Assembly (NCBI GenBank): GCA_049320885.1
Contig: JBMORA010000022.1
Coordinates: 1-64,000, forward strand
Length of the DNA: 64,000 bases
Direction of reading: 5' to 3'
From: Thermodesulfobacteriota bacterium
GTDB lineage: Bacteria > Desulfobacterota > Desulfobacteria > Desulfobacterales > SURF-7
The position numbers and the translations under genes were made by a program. Positions 47,950 through 58,662 of the stretch are shown piece by piece. Position 1 is the stretch's first letter. Each line of letters starts with the position of its first letter. A model generated the notes under the pieces. That model did not search any database, was not told the DNA's origin, and saw only the letters and a list, made by a program, of their open reading frames with translations.

Positions 47950-48321
47950 TTATATTCGTTCCAGGCATTTCAGGATATGCTCTTCAAATTTTTTCTTATC
48001 AATGGGTTTGGGCTGGAAAAAAGTGGCCCCGGTTTTCAGGAACTCGGATATTTCCTTGACGCCCACAAAAGCCGACATGATGATGACGGGCATTTCATGA
48101 TAGTGGCGATCATTGCGAACCGCCTGGATCAGTTGCTTGCCGTCCATTTCCGGCATCATGATATCCGTGATCAACAGGCTGAAATCACCGTTGGCCTGCA
48201 AGGTTTCCAGCGCATGACGGCCGTTGGGGCTGATGAAGGGAATCAGACCCATCTTGGATACGATGGCGTTGACCAGTTTTTGGGTGATGGGATCGTCTTC
48301 CGCGATCAGAATTTTTTTCAT
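47950..48321 (-). CDS. Single-domain response regulator
   Basis: ILIAEDD, TDIMMPEMDG, MSA, KP. Confidence 0.9.
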   Translation of the reverse strand: MKKILIAEDDPITQKLVNAIVSKMGLIPFISPNGRHALETLQANGDFSLLITDIMMPEMDGKQLIQAVRNDRHYHEMPVIIMSAFVGVKEISEFLKTGATFFQPKPIDKKKFEEHILKCLERI

Positions 48322-48373
48322 GTGTCATTCTCCCGGTCCATGAGTATCGGTACCATATATAGAGGCTTGCATT

Positions 48374-48862
48374 TCAGAGTTCCCAGTCTTTCCTGCCTGG
48401 GGATGAGATCACGATTCTGCCGGTATCCACAAAAACCGCCACCGTTCGGCTGATCTGGCCGCCCGTGTCTTCCGCGATGGGTCCCATACCCCGTTGCCAG
48501 AGGGTCTTTTTAATCGCCAGAACATTGCGGTCGCCGATATTGAACAGGTTGTTGGGATCCATGACCTTGGCTCCGCCGGTCAGCTTGACGAGATAGCCTT
48601 TCCCGGCGGCATTGCCGCTGATTTTTCCCATCAGATTGATCAGGGCCGGGATCCCGGTATCGGCAAAGTACCCTGGTCTTTCCTTGGAACGTTCGGGATT
48701 GGTTTTGGATTCCGGCAGGGCCACATGCACCATCCCCACGGTCCGCGTGGGCGGATGCAATAAAACCACGGAAACACAGGAGCCGAGCGCCATGGTTTTC
48801 ACGACATCGCCCGCAGTGTTGCTTGCGCCAAATTCACCGACACCGATCATGATTGTTTTCAT
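48374..48862 (-). CDS. cheD: Chemoreceptor glutamine deamidase CheD
   Basis: ALGSCV, GMVHVALP, FADT, GGA, IG.RN, DTGG..SRT. Confidence 0.9.
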   Translation of the reverse strand: MKTIMIGVGEFGASNTAGDVVKTMALGSCVSVVLLHPPTRTVGMVHVALPESKTNPERSKERPGYFADTGIPALINLMGKISGNAAGKGYLVKLTGGAKVMDPNNLFNIGDRNVLAIKKTLWQRGMGPIAEDTGGQISRTVAVFVDTGRIVISSPGRKDWEL

Positions 48863-48867
48863 ATGGA

Positions 48868-49917
48868 TTATCCTGCGAGCAATTCCAGAACCGTTGAAGC
48901 AATATCACCCAGAGGGACCAGTTTTTCAGCGCCGCCGCGCTTGTGAGCCTCCATGGGCATACCGAAAACGACACAGGTGGCCTCATCCTGGGCCAGGGTT
49001 CTTGCGCCGGCCTTGCGCATGGCCAGCATCCCATCGGCCCCGTCATGCCCCATTCCGGTGAGCATGACCCCGATGGCGTTGGCGCCGACATATTCCGCCG
49101 CCGATTGCATCAGCACCTCCACGGAAGGGCAGTGGCCGCAAACGGGCGGGCCGGGCTTGATCACCGTTTCGTAAATTCCGCCGGAACGCCGGATACTCAT
49201 CTGCAGCGCTCCTGGAGCGATCAAGACCCTTCCCGGCATGATCCGATCCCCATTTTCCGCCTCCTTTACATCCATCTGGCAGAGACTGTTCATTCGTTCC
49301 GAAAACATCCGCGTAAAACCGGGCGGCATGTGCTGGACAATGACCACCCCCGGTGTCGCCACCGGAAACTGGGTGATGACCTCGCGGATGGCCTCGGTGC
49401 CGCCGGTCGAGGCGCCGATGACGATGATCTTGTCCGTGGATTTTTCCAGCGCCTTGCTGGCGGACAAGACCTGTTTCCCGGCTGGAAAGCGTTTCCGCTT
49501 CCAATGGGAGACATTGGCCGTGGAGGCGATTTTCACCTTGGTGCGCAGTTCCATGAGCATGGCGTTCAAACCGCGCGCCACGTCGGCCGACGGTTTGGTC
49601 ACGAAATCCACGGCGCCCGCGTCCAGGGCGTCCAGGGTGATCCGGGCGCCTTTTTCGGTGAGGGCGCTGACCATGACGACCGGCAGCGGATACTGCGGCA
49701 TGAGCTTGCGCAGAAATTCGACCCCGTCCATGCGCGGCATTTCCACATCCAGGGTGAGCACATCCGGTTTAAGGGTCACGATTTTATCCCGGGCGATATA
49801 GGGATCGGAAGCGGTCCCCACCACCTCGATTCCGGGGTCCATGGCCAGACCTTTTGACAGAATATCGCGGACCAGGGCGGAGTCATCCACAACCAGGACA
49901 CGGATGGTTTTTGACAT
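48868..49917 (-). CDS. cheB: Chemotaxis methylesterase CheB
   Basis: REC domain plus IGASTGG, QHMP, LTGMG.DGA. Confidence 0.95.
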   Translation of the reverse strand: MSKTIRVLVVDDSALVRDILSKGLAMDPGIEVVGTASDPYIARDKIVTLKPDVLTLDVEMPRMDGVEFLRKLMPQYPLPVVMVSALTEKGARITLDALDAGAVDFVTKPSADVARGLNAMLMELRTKVKIASTANVSHWKRKRFPAGKQVLSASKALEKSTDKIIVIGASTGGTEAIREVITQFPVATPGVVIVQHMPPGFTRMFSERMNSLCQMDVKEAENGDRIMPGRVLIAPGALQMSIRRSGGIYETVIKPGPPVCGHCPSVEVLMQSAAEYVGANAIGVMLTGMGHDGADGMLAMRKAGARTLAQDEATCVVFGMPMEAHKRGGAEKLVPLGDIASTVLELLAG

Positions 49918-50810
49918 CAGGCGCCTCCTCCTTTACGGTAAATCGCAGGCCGGATATAGGCATAGGGACAGGCATCGTTGCGCAGGGTTTCGGAGTGTCC
50001 GATAAACAGATATCCTCCCGGAGCCGTCATCTCGAAAAACCGGTTGACCAGCGCGTTGCGGGTGGGTTGGTCGAAATAAATCATGACATTGCGGCAGGAA
50101 ATGAGATGAAACGGCTTCCGGAAGGGAAACTGCTCCTTCATCAGATTCAAGCGCCGGAAGGTGATCTCTTTTTTCAGTATTTCGCTGACCTGAAATGTCC
50201 CGTCGCCCGCGTCGCGGAAGTATTTTTGCTTCAAGGACGGCGGCACCATTTTCAGCCGTTCTTCCGGATAGACGCCTGCCTTGGCGGCGCTGAGGGCCGC
50301 GGCGGAGATATCCGTGGCCAATATTCCGGCGTTCCAGTTTTTGTAATCCAGGCCGAAATGTTCCAGCATCGTGATCATGAAGGTGTAGGGTTCGTCGCCG
50401 AAGGAGCAGCCCGCGCACCAGACGCGCAGGTCGTTGGAGCGTTCTTTTTTGAGCCGGGCGGTGGTTTCCGGCAGAATGACGGTCCGGAAAAAATCGAAAT
50501 GGTCCTGTTCGCGGAAAAAGAAGGTATGGTTGGTGGAGATGCGGTTGATGAGCTCCCCCAGGGCCTGGCCGCTGGCATCGGTGCGGACGTAATGGAAATA
50601 CTGATCGAAGGTGGCGAACTGTTTCTGGCGCAGGAATTTTTGCAGTCTTCCCACCACCAGGGAGCGTTTCTGCTCCGTCAGATTGATGCCGAAATTTTCG
50701 TACACCAGATGGCGGATGGCATGGAATTCGGTGTCGCTGATCTGGACGCTGCCGAAGGCCGCCGATGCCGGGGGGAAACAGGGGTCTGTCCGGTTTGTCG
50801 CTGCCGTCAT
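49917..50810 (-). CDS. cheR: Chemotaxis methyltransferase CheR
   Basis: STNHTFFFRE, WCAGCS.GDEPY, ATDIS, CRNVMIYFD, GHSE. Confidence 0.95.
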   Translation of the reverse strand: MTAATNRTDPCFPPASAAFGSVQISDTEFHAIRHLVYENFGINLTEQKRSLVVGRLQKFLRQKQFATFDQYFHYVRTDASGQALGELINRISTNHTFFFREQDHFDFFRTVILPETTARLKKERSNDLRVWCAGCSFGDEPYTFMITMLEHFGLDYKNWNAGILATDISAAALSAAKAGVYPEERLKMVPPSLKQKYFRDAGDGTFQVSEILKKEITFRRLNLMKEQFPFRKPFHLISCRNVMIYFDQPTRNALVNRFFEMTAPGGYLFIGHSETLRNDACPYAYIRPAIYRKGGGA

Positions 50811-50823
50811 GATATCGTTTTCT

Positions 50824-51342
50824 CTATCCGTGGTTTCCGAAATGATCCAACGCCGGGTACCAGTCCGAAGCCCGGACCGCCTCCACCTTGGCCAGCATGA
50901 TTTCACCCGTGCCCGTGTGAAAAACGATCTTCCGGGCGCGTTCGCCGCCCACATCCCGGCTGGTGATGCCGATATTCATTTTTGCCAGAATCTCCAGGCC
51001 GACACGGACATTCTCCTCGCTGACGCCGGGTGCGTAGCCGGCGGCTTGCCGGTTGACCGCGCCGCCGTAGAAATGGGTTTCCAGATCCGGGATCTCGGAG
51101 CCGGTTTCGAGAAACATGCTGGTCAGCGCCGCCAGGGCCGGGGCCGCGAAAACGGCGGTGGAAAGACCTCTCTCCCGAACCGGGCGGATATAATGTCCCA
51201 TGCCGCCGAGGTTTCTGCGCCTGTCATACATGGTCACGACGATGCCGGAAGCCGCCACGGAACGTAGTTGCGTCGGTTCCGCGGGGACATAGACATATCC
51301 GGGTTTGACGAAATGGTCTTGCAGCAGGACGTCGCGGCTCAT
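50824..51342 (-). CDS. CheD-like protein lacking the catalytic Cys
   Basis: CheD-fold motifs (PG, GGM.HY, GGA, N, DVGG.RARKI.F.T.TG) but AASGI in place of LGSCV. Confidence 0.8.
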   Translation of the reverse strand: MSRDVLLQDHFVKPGYVYVPAEPTQLRSVAASGIVVTMYDRRRNLGGMGHYIRPVRERGLSTAVFAAPALAALTSMFLETGSEIPDLETHFYGGAVNRQAAGYAPGVSEENVRVGLEILAKMNIGITSRDVGGERARKIVFHTGTGEIMLAKVEAVRASDWYPALDHFGNHG

Positions 51343-51371
51343 ATTCCAGGAGAAATCCTTTTCGTTATCGA

Positions 51372-53105
51372 TCAGTATTTACCGAATTCCGCATCATCCA
51401 GGGCGATGACTTCTTCCGGTCTGATTTCCCGGTTTACCCCTTTGTGCTGCGCCGGCCGGCCCCATTCCACCGGTGTCTCGGCAGCCGGCGGCGGCGGTGC
51501 GACAGGTTGCGGGGCCTTTGCCGTACCCAACCGGAAGCGCGACAGCAGGCGACGGACATTGGCGGCCTGGGAAGACAGTTCCTGGGCCGCGGCGGATGTT
51601 TCCTCGGCGTTGGCGGTATTTTGCTGGGTGACGCTGTCGATCTGGGAAAGGCCTTTGTTTACCTGGGATATCCCCTGGGCTTGTTCATTGCTGGCGGCGG
51701 CGATTTCCCCCACCAGATCCGCCACCCGGGTGATGGCGTCGTTGATCTCCGTCAGGGCGATGCGGGTTTTATCGGCGATTTGATTGCCGGCGGTCACCTT
51801 GGTTACGGAGCCTTCAATAAGCTGGGCCGTCTCCTGGGCCGCCTTGGCGCTACGGGCCGCGAGGCTGCGGACTTCCTGGGCCACCACGGCGAAGCCTTTG
51901 CCGTGTTTGCCGGCCCGGGCCGCTTCCACCGCCGCATTCAGGGCCAGAAGATTGGTCTGGAAGGCGATATCGTCAATGGCTTTGATGATTTTGGCGACCT
52001 CCCTGGCGGACTGGCTGATGCCTTCCATGGCGCCGACCATTTCCTCGACCTGCAACACGCCGTTTTTGGCCGCGTTGCGGGCGGTGACGGCCAGCTGGTT
52101 CGCCTGGGATGAATTTTCGGCGTTGGTCTTGGTCTGGGAGCCGATTTCCGTCATGGAGCTGGTGATTTCTTCCAGGGCCGCCGCCTGTTCGGTGGCTCCC
52201 TGGGAGAGGGAATGGCTGGAGTCCGAAACCTGGCTGGAACCGGCATCCACCTGCTCGGCGGCGGAAAACAATTCGCCGACAATGGCCTGGAGGCTTTCCA
52301 GCATGCTTTTCAAGGATTTTCCCAGCATGTCCTTGTCCGAGGCTGCCCGTACCGTGTGCCGGAGATTGCCTTTGGCGATTTCATCGGCGGCCTGGGCTTT
52401 GTCCCGCAATTCCAACACCAGCTGGTTCAGCGCGGACCCCATTCGGCCGATTTCATCCTCCCCGGCGTCGAATTCAACTTGAAGATTGCCGATGCGCAGT
52501 TCGTCGGCATTCCGGGAAGCGCCGCGGATGGGACGTATCAGAATCGGCCGGAAGCTGAAGAAAAGAACGAGCACCAGCAGGAAATTCAGGACCACGACTT
52601 CGGCGATGATGCGGAGGACGAGCCGGTTGAGCGCTTCCATCATAAAGCGCTCGGTAAAAAAGACTTCCAGGCCGCCTAATTTTTCCTTACCCTTCAGGAT
52701 TTCTTTTTTGTAGACGAGGAATTCTCCCTTCGGGGTTTCCTTGTTGTCCACGATGCTCCAGTCTTCGTCGTTCCGGCGCTTGCCGTGCAGCACGGCTTTG
52801 CCGTCGACATCCCGCACCAGAACCGCATATATGCGCTTTTCCAGCATTTCCGATTTCAGCAGCATGCTCACCGCTTGATCATCCATCTCATACAGCGGCG
52901 ACACCAGGCTGATGGCCATGCGCTCCATGGCCATCCGGGAAATCATTTCCAGCTCCTCGGTCATGCTCCGCCGGGTGGTGTAGTAGTTTATCAACGCAAA
53001 TCCCAGCAGGATGATGGTGGAGGTGGAAATCAGAATCAGGCTGATTTTCGCCTGGATGCTTTTTTTCATGAGCCTGCCGAAAGGAGGGAAAAATCTCATA
53101 TCCAC
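51372..53105 (-). CDS. Methyl-accepting chemotaxis protein with a C-terminal pentapeptide
   Basis: [20 protein letters not shown]; ends EFGKY. Confidence 0.9.
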   Translation of the reverse strand: MDMRFFPPFGRLMKKSIQAKISLILISTSTIILLGFALINYYTTRRSMTEELEMISRMAMERMAISLVSPLYEMDDQAVSMLLKSEMLEKRIYAVLVRDVDGKAVLHGKRRNDEDWSIVDNKETPKGEFLVYKKEILKGKEKLGGLEVFFTERFMMEALNRLVLRIIAEVVVLNFLLVLVLFFSFRPILIRPIRGASRNADELRIGNLQVEFDAGEDEIGRMGSALNQLVLELRDKAQAADEIAKGNLRHTVRAASDKDMLGKSLKSMLESLQAIVGELFSAAEQVDAGSSQVSDSSHSLSQGATEQAAALEEITSSMTEIGSQTKTNAENSSQANQLAVTARNAAKNGVLQVEEMVGAMEGISQSAREVAKIIKAIDDIAFQTNLLALNAAVEAARAGKHGKGFAVVAQEVRSLAARSAKAAQETAQLIEGSVTKVTAGNQIADKTRIALTEINDAITRVADLVGEIAAASNEQAQGISQVNKGLSQIDSVTQQNTANAEETSAAAQELSSQAANVRRLLSRFRLGTAKAPQPVAPPPPAAETPVEWGRPAQHKGVNREIRPEEVIALDDAEFGKY

Positions 53106-53117
53106 CTCTTATAGTGA

Positions 53118-55364
53118 TCAGTACTTGCCGAATTCCTCATCGTCCAAGGCGATGAACGGTTCCGCGGACGATCCGGCGGCTTGACCGGCACCCCCCATCG
53201 GACGGCCCCATGCGGAGGCATTCCCGGCCGGCAGTTGCCTTGCCTCCGGGGATGTCCGGACCTCGGTATTCCGACGCTGGAAAGCGGCGGGCTCTTTGTT
53301 GACCCGAAAGATGCTCAACAAACTTCGGACCTTGGCCGCCTGGGAAGAAAGTTCCTCCGCCGCCGAAGAAGTTTCCTCCGCGCTGGCGGTATTCCGCTGG
53401 GTGACATTGTCGATCTGGGCCAGTCCCAGGGAAACCTGCGAAATGGCCTGGGCCTGCTCATTGCTGGCGGCGGCGATTTCTCCCACCAAGTCCGCCACCC
53501 GGTTGATGCCGGTATGGATTTTCGATAAGGCATTGCCGGTTTTTTCCGCAATGGCATTGCCGTCTTGTACTTTTCGCGCCGAAGCTTCGATGAGTTGGGC
53601 CGTTTCCTGGGCCGCCTTGGCGCTTCTCGCCGCCAGGCTGCGGACTTCCTGGGCGACGACGGCGAAACCCTTGCCGTGTTTTCCGGCCCGGGCCGCCTCC
53701 ACGGCGGCGTTCAAAGCCAGGAGATTGGTCTGAAAGGCGATGCCGTCGATGGTTTTGATGATTTTGGAAATTTCCCTGCTGGAGTCGCTGATGGCGTTCA
53801 TGGCCACCGACATGGCGCGCATCTGGTCAACGCCGTCGATGGAATCCTGTTTGGCCGCTACGGCCAGTTGGTTGGCCTGGGCGGCGTTCTCCGCGTTGGT
53901 TTTGGTCTGGGAACCGATTTCCGTCATGGAACTGGTGATTTCTTCCAGGGAGGCGGCCTGTTCCGTGGCCCCTTGGGAGAGAGCCTGGCTGGAATCGGAT
54001 ATCTGACTGGAACCGGTATCGACCTGATCGGCGGCCATCTGGATATTGACGATGGTGTCATTCATCTTCAGGAGCATGGTTTCAAGGGCTTTCCCCAGGA
54101 TGTCTTCCGTTGAACTCACGTTCACGGACTGCTGCAGATCCCCTTCGGAAATGGCGATGGCCACGGCGGCTTTGCGTTTCAGTTCGTCCACCACCGCATT
54201 CAAAGCCGCCCCCATCTCACCGATTTCGTCCTTGCCGGCGGGAAGTTTTTCCGACAGGACTCCCTTTTCCAGTTTTCCGGCGAACTCCTTCACCTTCAGA
54301 ATCGGCCGGGAGAGCGAATTGGAAAAAACATAGGCCATGGGCAGGAGCAGCACGATACAGAAAACGGAGATGCCGATGAGTACTTTCACCATTTGGACGG
54401 TATTGGACCTGGCGATGTTCTGGGAATAGAGGACGGAGACGGCGGCGATGCAGCCTTTTTGTGAGTAAAACGGGAGAATCCCCTGGAAATAGCTTTCCCC
54501 GCCGATATCCATGTCGGCATAGGCCGGTTCCTGCCGGTTCAATTGCCAGGAATTATCCGCTGCCGGGAAAAGCGCGAGGTCGAGTTTGTTATGTTCCGGG
54601 ATGGTGCCGCTGCTGAAGCCTTTGGTGGAAAAAATATTGACGGCGGTGTCCGTCAGGTCGGCCATCTGCCGGACGAATTCATCCCCCAGGCGCAGATCCG
54701 CGATAATCGTGCCGATCTTGACCGGTTCCAGATTGTTGGTTTTCTGGTTGTATTCCATGGCCATGGACGGCGCGGAACCCACTATCGACAGGAGTCCGTC
54801 GATGATTTCAAAACCGTCGCCGCCTTCCGGATATCTGGGGTCGATCCCTTCGACCGTTTCCACGGTTTTCCAGGCGTCGATTTCCGGTTTGGCGCCGGTT
54901 TTCACGACAGCCGTCCGGAAGGATTTCTTGCCGTCGCCGAATTGGGGAAATCCCAGCCTGCTCTCCTGGCCCTTGATGAGGATGAAGGCCACCAGATCTC
55001 CTTCGGTGTCATAGGCGCGGACCCGCGCCACGTTGCTGGAGATGGCCACATTGTACAGGGTATTGCTGATCTCGATATAGGTATTCTCGGACAGCATGGT
55101 GTCGCCGCTTTTTTTATTGTCCGTCACCAGTTGGATTTTGGCGCCCATGTCGTCCAAGGAGGCCATTTGCCGGGTATCGATGGCCAATTTGCCTTGGAGA
55201 GAGGCAATGCGTTCGCGAATGATTTTGAAAGACCGGTTCAGATCTTCCCGGGAGGCTTCCCGGTTCTGTCTGCTGATCAGAAAAGAAACGGCCACGGTGG
55301 AGAGAAAGGAGACGACCACCAGCATGCTGGCGGCGCTGAACAGGATTTTGTTTTTCAGTTTCAT
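53118..55364 (-). CDS. Methyl-accepting chemotaxis protein with a C-terminal pentapeptide
   Basis: Large periplasmic domain, [20 protein letters not shown]; ends EFGKY. Confidence 0.9.
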   Translation of the reverse strand: MKLKNKILFSAASMLVVVSFLSTVAVSFLISRQNREASREDLNRSFKIIRERIASLQGKLAIDTRQMASLDDMGAKIQLVTDNKKSGDTMLSENTYIEISNTLYNVAISSNVARVRAYDTEGDLVAFILIKGQESRLGFPQFGDGKKSFRTAVVKTGAKPEIDAWKTVETVEGIDPRYPEGGDGFEIIDGLLSIVGSAPSMAMEYNQKTNNLEPVKIGTIIADLRLGDEFVRQMADLTDTAVNIFSTKGFSSGTIPEHNKLDLALFPAADNSWQLNRQEPAYADMDIGGESYFQGILPFYSQKGCIAAVSVLYSQNIARSNTVQMVKVLIGISVFCIVLLLPMAYVFSNSLSRPILKVKEFAGKLEKGVLSEKLPAGKDEIGEMGAALNAVVDELKRKAAVAIAISEGDLQQSVNVSSTEDILGKALETMLLKMNDTIVNIQMAADQVDTGSSQISDSSQALSQGATEQAASLEEITSSMTEIGSQTKTNAENAAQANQLAVAAKQDSIDGVDQMRAMSVAMNAISDSSREISKIIKTIDGIAFQTNLLALNAAVEAARAGKHGKGFAVVAQEVRSLAARSAKAAQETAQLIEASARKVQDGNAIAEKTGNALSKIHTGINRVADLVGEIAAASNEQAQAISQVSLGLAQIDNVTQRNTASAEETSSAAEELSSQAAKVRSLLSIFRVNKEPAAFQRRNTEVRTSPEARQLPAGNASAWGRPMGGAGQAAGSSAEPFIALDDEEFGKY

Positions 55365-55441
55365 GCGAATGCGATGACCTCCGGTTGCGACGGAAATGGT
55401 CCGGTTGGGGAAGCGGTGCCGGGCAAGGTGATGGAACGCAC

Positions 55442-55954
55442 CTAGTCGATGGTCGCTGTCACCTGATTCAGTTCTTCATCATACAGCAATTTCCCTGCAT
55501 CCAGGAGGATCTTTACTTTTTCGTCGGCCTTGCCCATGCCTTTGATGAATCGGCTTCCGGCGCTCCGGCTGATTTTGGGAGGTGGATCCACCTGATCTTC
55601 CGGAATGTCGATGACGTCGCTGACCTTGTCCACCACCATGCCGATGGCGGTGTCCTTGATATTGATCACGACGATGCAAGTGCGGTCGTCGTATTCGCGG
55701 GGGCTCATTTTAAAACGCGTGCGCACATCCATGACCGGGATGACCTGTCCCCGCAAATTGATGACGCCTTTGACAAAATCCGGCATGTCCGGAACCTCGG
55801 TGATTTTCTGCATGCCGATTACTTCAATGACATGCATGATTTCAATGCCGTACTCCTCTTCGCCCACCTGAAAGGTGAAATACCGGTTTTTCTGGGTATC
55901 TTCGTCATCTTCATCAAACAGGTCGTCTTCGATGTTGCTCATGTCTTTAGCCAT
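55442..55954 (-). CDS. cheW: Chemotaxis adaptor CheW
   Basis: YFTF.VG.EEYGI, IT.VP..P.FVKGVINLRG.VIPV.D.R. Confidence 0.95.
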   Translation of the reverse strand: MAKDMSNIEDDLFDEDDEDTQKNRYFTFQVGEEEYGIEIMHVIEVIGMQKITEVPDMPDFVKGVINLRGQVIPVMDVRTRFKMSPREYDDRTCIVVINIKDTAIGMVVDKVSDVIDIPEDQVDPPPKISRSAGSRFIKGMGKADEKVKILLDAGKLLYDEELNQVTATID

Positions 55955-56024
55955 GGAACTCCCCCCTGCTGCATGTAATGGTTGTGCTGTATCCGTCAAG
56001 ACCCGGCGCCGGATTCCGAAACAT

Positions 56025-58301
56025 CTATGCGGCCGCCAGGCTTTGGGCTTTTTGGACCAGGCCCCCGATATCCAGGATCAGGCTGATTTCGCCGTCACCC
56101 AGGATCGTGCAACCGGACAGTCCTTTGACGCTGCCGATATAGTTGGACAGGCCTTTGATCACAGCCTGCTGCTCGCCGATGATTTCATCAATCAATATGG
56201 CCGCCGAGTCACCGCGATGTTCGACGATCACCACCAGGCCTCCCGCCAGTTCCTTGCATTCGGTTTCGATGCGGTGCAATTCATGGAGACGGACCACCGG
56301 CACGAGTTCTTCGCGCACCTTGACCAGCTCCTGGCCGTCCATGGTGACGGTGATTTTATCCTTTTCCACCTGGATGGATTCCCGGATGGAAAGCAGCGGA
56401 ATGGTGTAGCGGGCGTTTCCCACCCGCACCAGCATGCCGTCTATGATGGCAAGGGTAAGGGGAATACGCAGGGCGATGACGGTGCCGAAACCGGGTTGGC
56501 TGCGGATATCGATGTGCCCCTTGATTTTTTCGATGTTCTTTTTCACCACGTCCATGCCCACTCCCCGGCCGGAAACGTCGGTGACTTTGTCGGCGGTCGA
56601 GAAGCCGGGGTGAAAAATGAAATCATAGACCTGCGAATCTTCCAGGTGGCTGCCGTCGTCCTTCAGCAACCCTTTTTCCATCGCTTTGTTGACGATTTTT
56701 CGTCGGTCCAGTCCCCGGCCGTCATCCTTGATGCTGATCCAGATTTCGCCGCCTTCATGCTTGGCTTCCAGAACCACCTCGCCGGTTTCGTCTTTACCCT
56801 GGGCCAGCCTTTCCTGGGGCGATTCCAATCCATGATCGATGGCGTTTCTGACCAGGTGGACAAGCGGGTCGGCGATGAGCTCGGAAACGGTTTTATCGAT
56901 TTCGGTTTCTTCTCCCAGCAGTTCCAGATTGACTTTTTTCTGGGCTTTCACCGAGAGATCATGAACCAGCCGGATCATTTTCCGGAAAACCCCGGAGACC
57001 GGAATCATGCGGACCGACAGGGTGATGTCCTGGAGGTCCCGGACAATTTTATTCAGATGGATGGAGGCGCGTTCGAGGTTTTCGAATTCATAGCCTTTCA
57101 GATCCGGATTGCGCGTCACCATGGCTTCGGCGATGACCAGCTCTCCCACCAGATTGATCAGCTGATCGAGCTTGGCGAGATTGACGCGGATATCCTGCCT
57201 GGCGATGGAGCGGCCTTTGCTGGCAATGGCTTCCGGGGATTCTTCCCGGTTTTGCGCCGGAGGTTCTTCTTTTACCGGAAACTCGGTTTTTTCCCGGAGA
57301 AGGAAGAGGGCTTCCGGCTGTCGAACCTCGGGCCGGACCTCAGGAGCGGCGACCGGTGTTTCCTGCCTGGTGGCGATGATGTCCTCCAGCAGATCCAGCA
57401 GTACGGCGCTGTTGGAAATGGAGCCGGTGCCGCCTTTGGAAATGTCCGCCATGGCCTGGTTGAATATGTCCACCATATACAGCATGGTCTGAATGGTGGA
57501 AGGATCGACCTGGAGAAGCCCCTCCTTGAGGTTGTCCATTACGGTTTCGGTTTTATGGGCCAGTTTTTCCAGATCCGCGAAACCGGAGAATCCGCAATTG
57601 CCCTTGAAGCTGTGCAGAGAGCGGAAGGCCTCCTGGATGGTCTCCTTGTTGTCCGGCTCCTCCTGTAATTTCAGCATGGATTCTTCCACCACTTCCAGTT
57701 GCTCCAGGGCTTCCTCCACGAAACGTTCCATCATCTCCGGGGTGAGCAGCAACTGGTTCAGGGCTCCGTCGGCGTCGGCGGTTGTTTCGATGGTCGGCTC
57801 CGTCGCCTGGATTTCGGCCGCTGGAGCCGTTTCGGGATGCTTCCCCCGGGGTGGCGGTTGTACGCTTATGACTTCCCCCGGCTTTGACTGAATGCAGGCT
57901 TTCAGCCCGTCGATGATGGCCCGGGCTTCGGCTTCGAAGCCGGTATCCGACCCGGTGGATTCAATTTGATCCAGGAAGGAATTGACAATGTCGCAGGTCC
58001 GGCAAAGCACATCGGTGTTGCGCCGGTCCATCTCCAGTTTGCCGCTGCGGATCATATCCAGGAGGGTCTCCGCTTCATGGGTGACCTTGACCACTTCATT
58101 GAATTGCAGAAACCCGGCTGTCCCCTTGATGGAATGAAACAGACGGAAGATCAGGTTGGTGGTTTCCATATCCGGGGCGTTCCCGGGGGTGGAGGTCCTG
58201 CCGAGTTCAATCAGTCGTGGTTCGACTTCTTCTATCATTTCACGGCTTTCTGTGATAAAGGACAGGATGTTTTCATCGATGATGGGGTTCATGTCGGACA
58301 C
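56025..58301 (-). CDS. cheA: Chemotaxis histidine kinase CheA with two Hpt domains
   Basis: FRLFHSIKG and FRSLHSFKG, IRV...KLD.L.NLVGELV, HLVRNAIDHG, SGRGVGMDVV, P5 domain; GTG start after AAGGAG. Confidence 0.95.
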   Translation of the reverse strand: MSDMNPIIDENILSFITESREMIEEVEPRLIELGRTSTPGNAPDMETTNLIFRLFHSIKGTAGFLQFNEVVKVTHEAETLLDMIRSGKLEMDRRNTDVLCRTCDIVNSFLDQIESTGSDTGFEAEARAIIDGLKACIQSKPGEVISVQPPPRGKHPETAPAAEIQATEPTIETTADADGALNQLLLTPEMMERFVEEALEQLEVVEESMLKLQEEPDNKETIQEAFRSLHSFKGNCGFSGFADLEKLAHKTETVMDNLKEGLLQVDPSTIQTMLYMVDIFNQAMADISKGGTGSISNSAVLLDLLEDIIATRQETPVAAPEVRPEVRQPEALFLLREKTEFPVKEEPPAQNREESPEAIASKGRSIARQDIRVNLAKLDQLINLVGELVIAEAMVTRNPDLKGYEFENLERASIHLNKIVRDLQDITLSVRMIPVSGVFRKMIRLVHDLSVKAQKKVNLELLGEETEIDKTVSELIADPLVHLVRNAIDHGLESPQERLAQGKDETGEVVLEAKHEGGEIWISIKDDGRGLDRRKIVNKAMEKGLLKDDGSHLEDSQVYDFIFHPGFSTADKVTDVSGRGVGMDVVKKNIEKIKGHIDIRSQPGFGTVIALRIPLTLAIIDGMLVRVGNARYTIPLLSIRESIQVEKDKITVTMDGQELVKVREELVPVVRLHELHRIETECKELAGGLVVIVEHRGDSAAILIDEIIGEQQAVIKGLSNYIGSVKGLSGCTILGDGEISLILDIGGLVQKAQSLAAA

Positions 58302-58662
58302 GACTCAACTCCTTTTCGCCCAAGGCGGCTGGCAAATGTCGGTAAGCGAGAAATGGATGAAATTTTCGTGAAATGCCAAGATTCACATGTCCGTCTTTGA
58401 AGACGTCGATTCAACCGGCGATGTCGGAAGGGGGCATCCTCATGAGTAGTCAGTCGGTGCTGCTGAAAATACGTTGTAAAGGATTTACCGCGGTTAACGC
58501 GAACGAACTGCAAAAGAAGAATCGTGATGATGCCGTCTTCCGGTTCTCAATCTGTGACGATGTGCCAATATAACATACTTTTTCCGGTTTCAAAAGAAAA
58601 TTTTACGGATCGTTTTTTGCGGGCCGGAATGGCCGCTGGAAGAAGCGTTTCCCAGATGAAGC

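Noticed and set aside
58302..58660. sigma54/sigma28 promoter or c-di-GMP riboswitch upstream of cheA
   Set aside because: TTGGCAC lacks a correctly spaced TTGC, the CCGACAT words lack a good -35, and no GEMM-like motif was found by eye.
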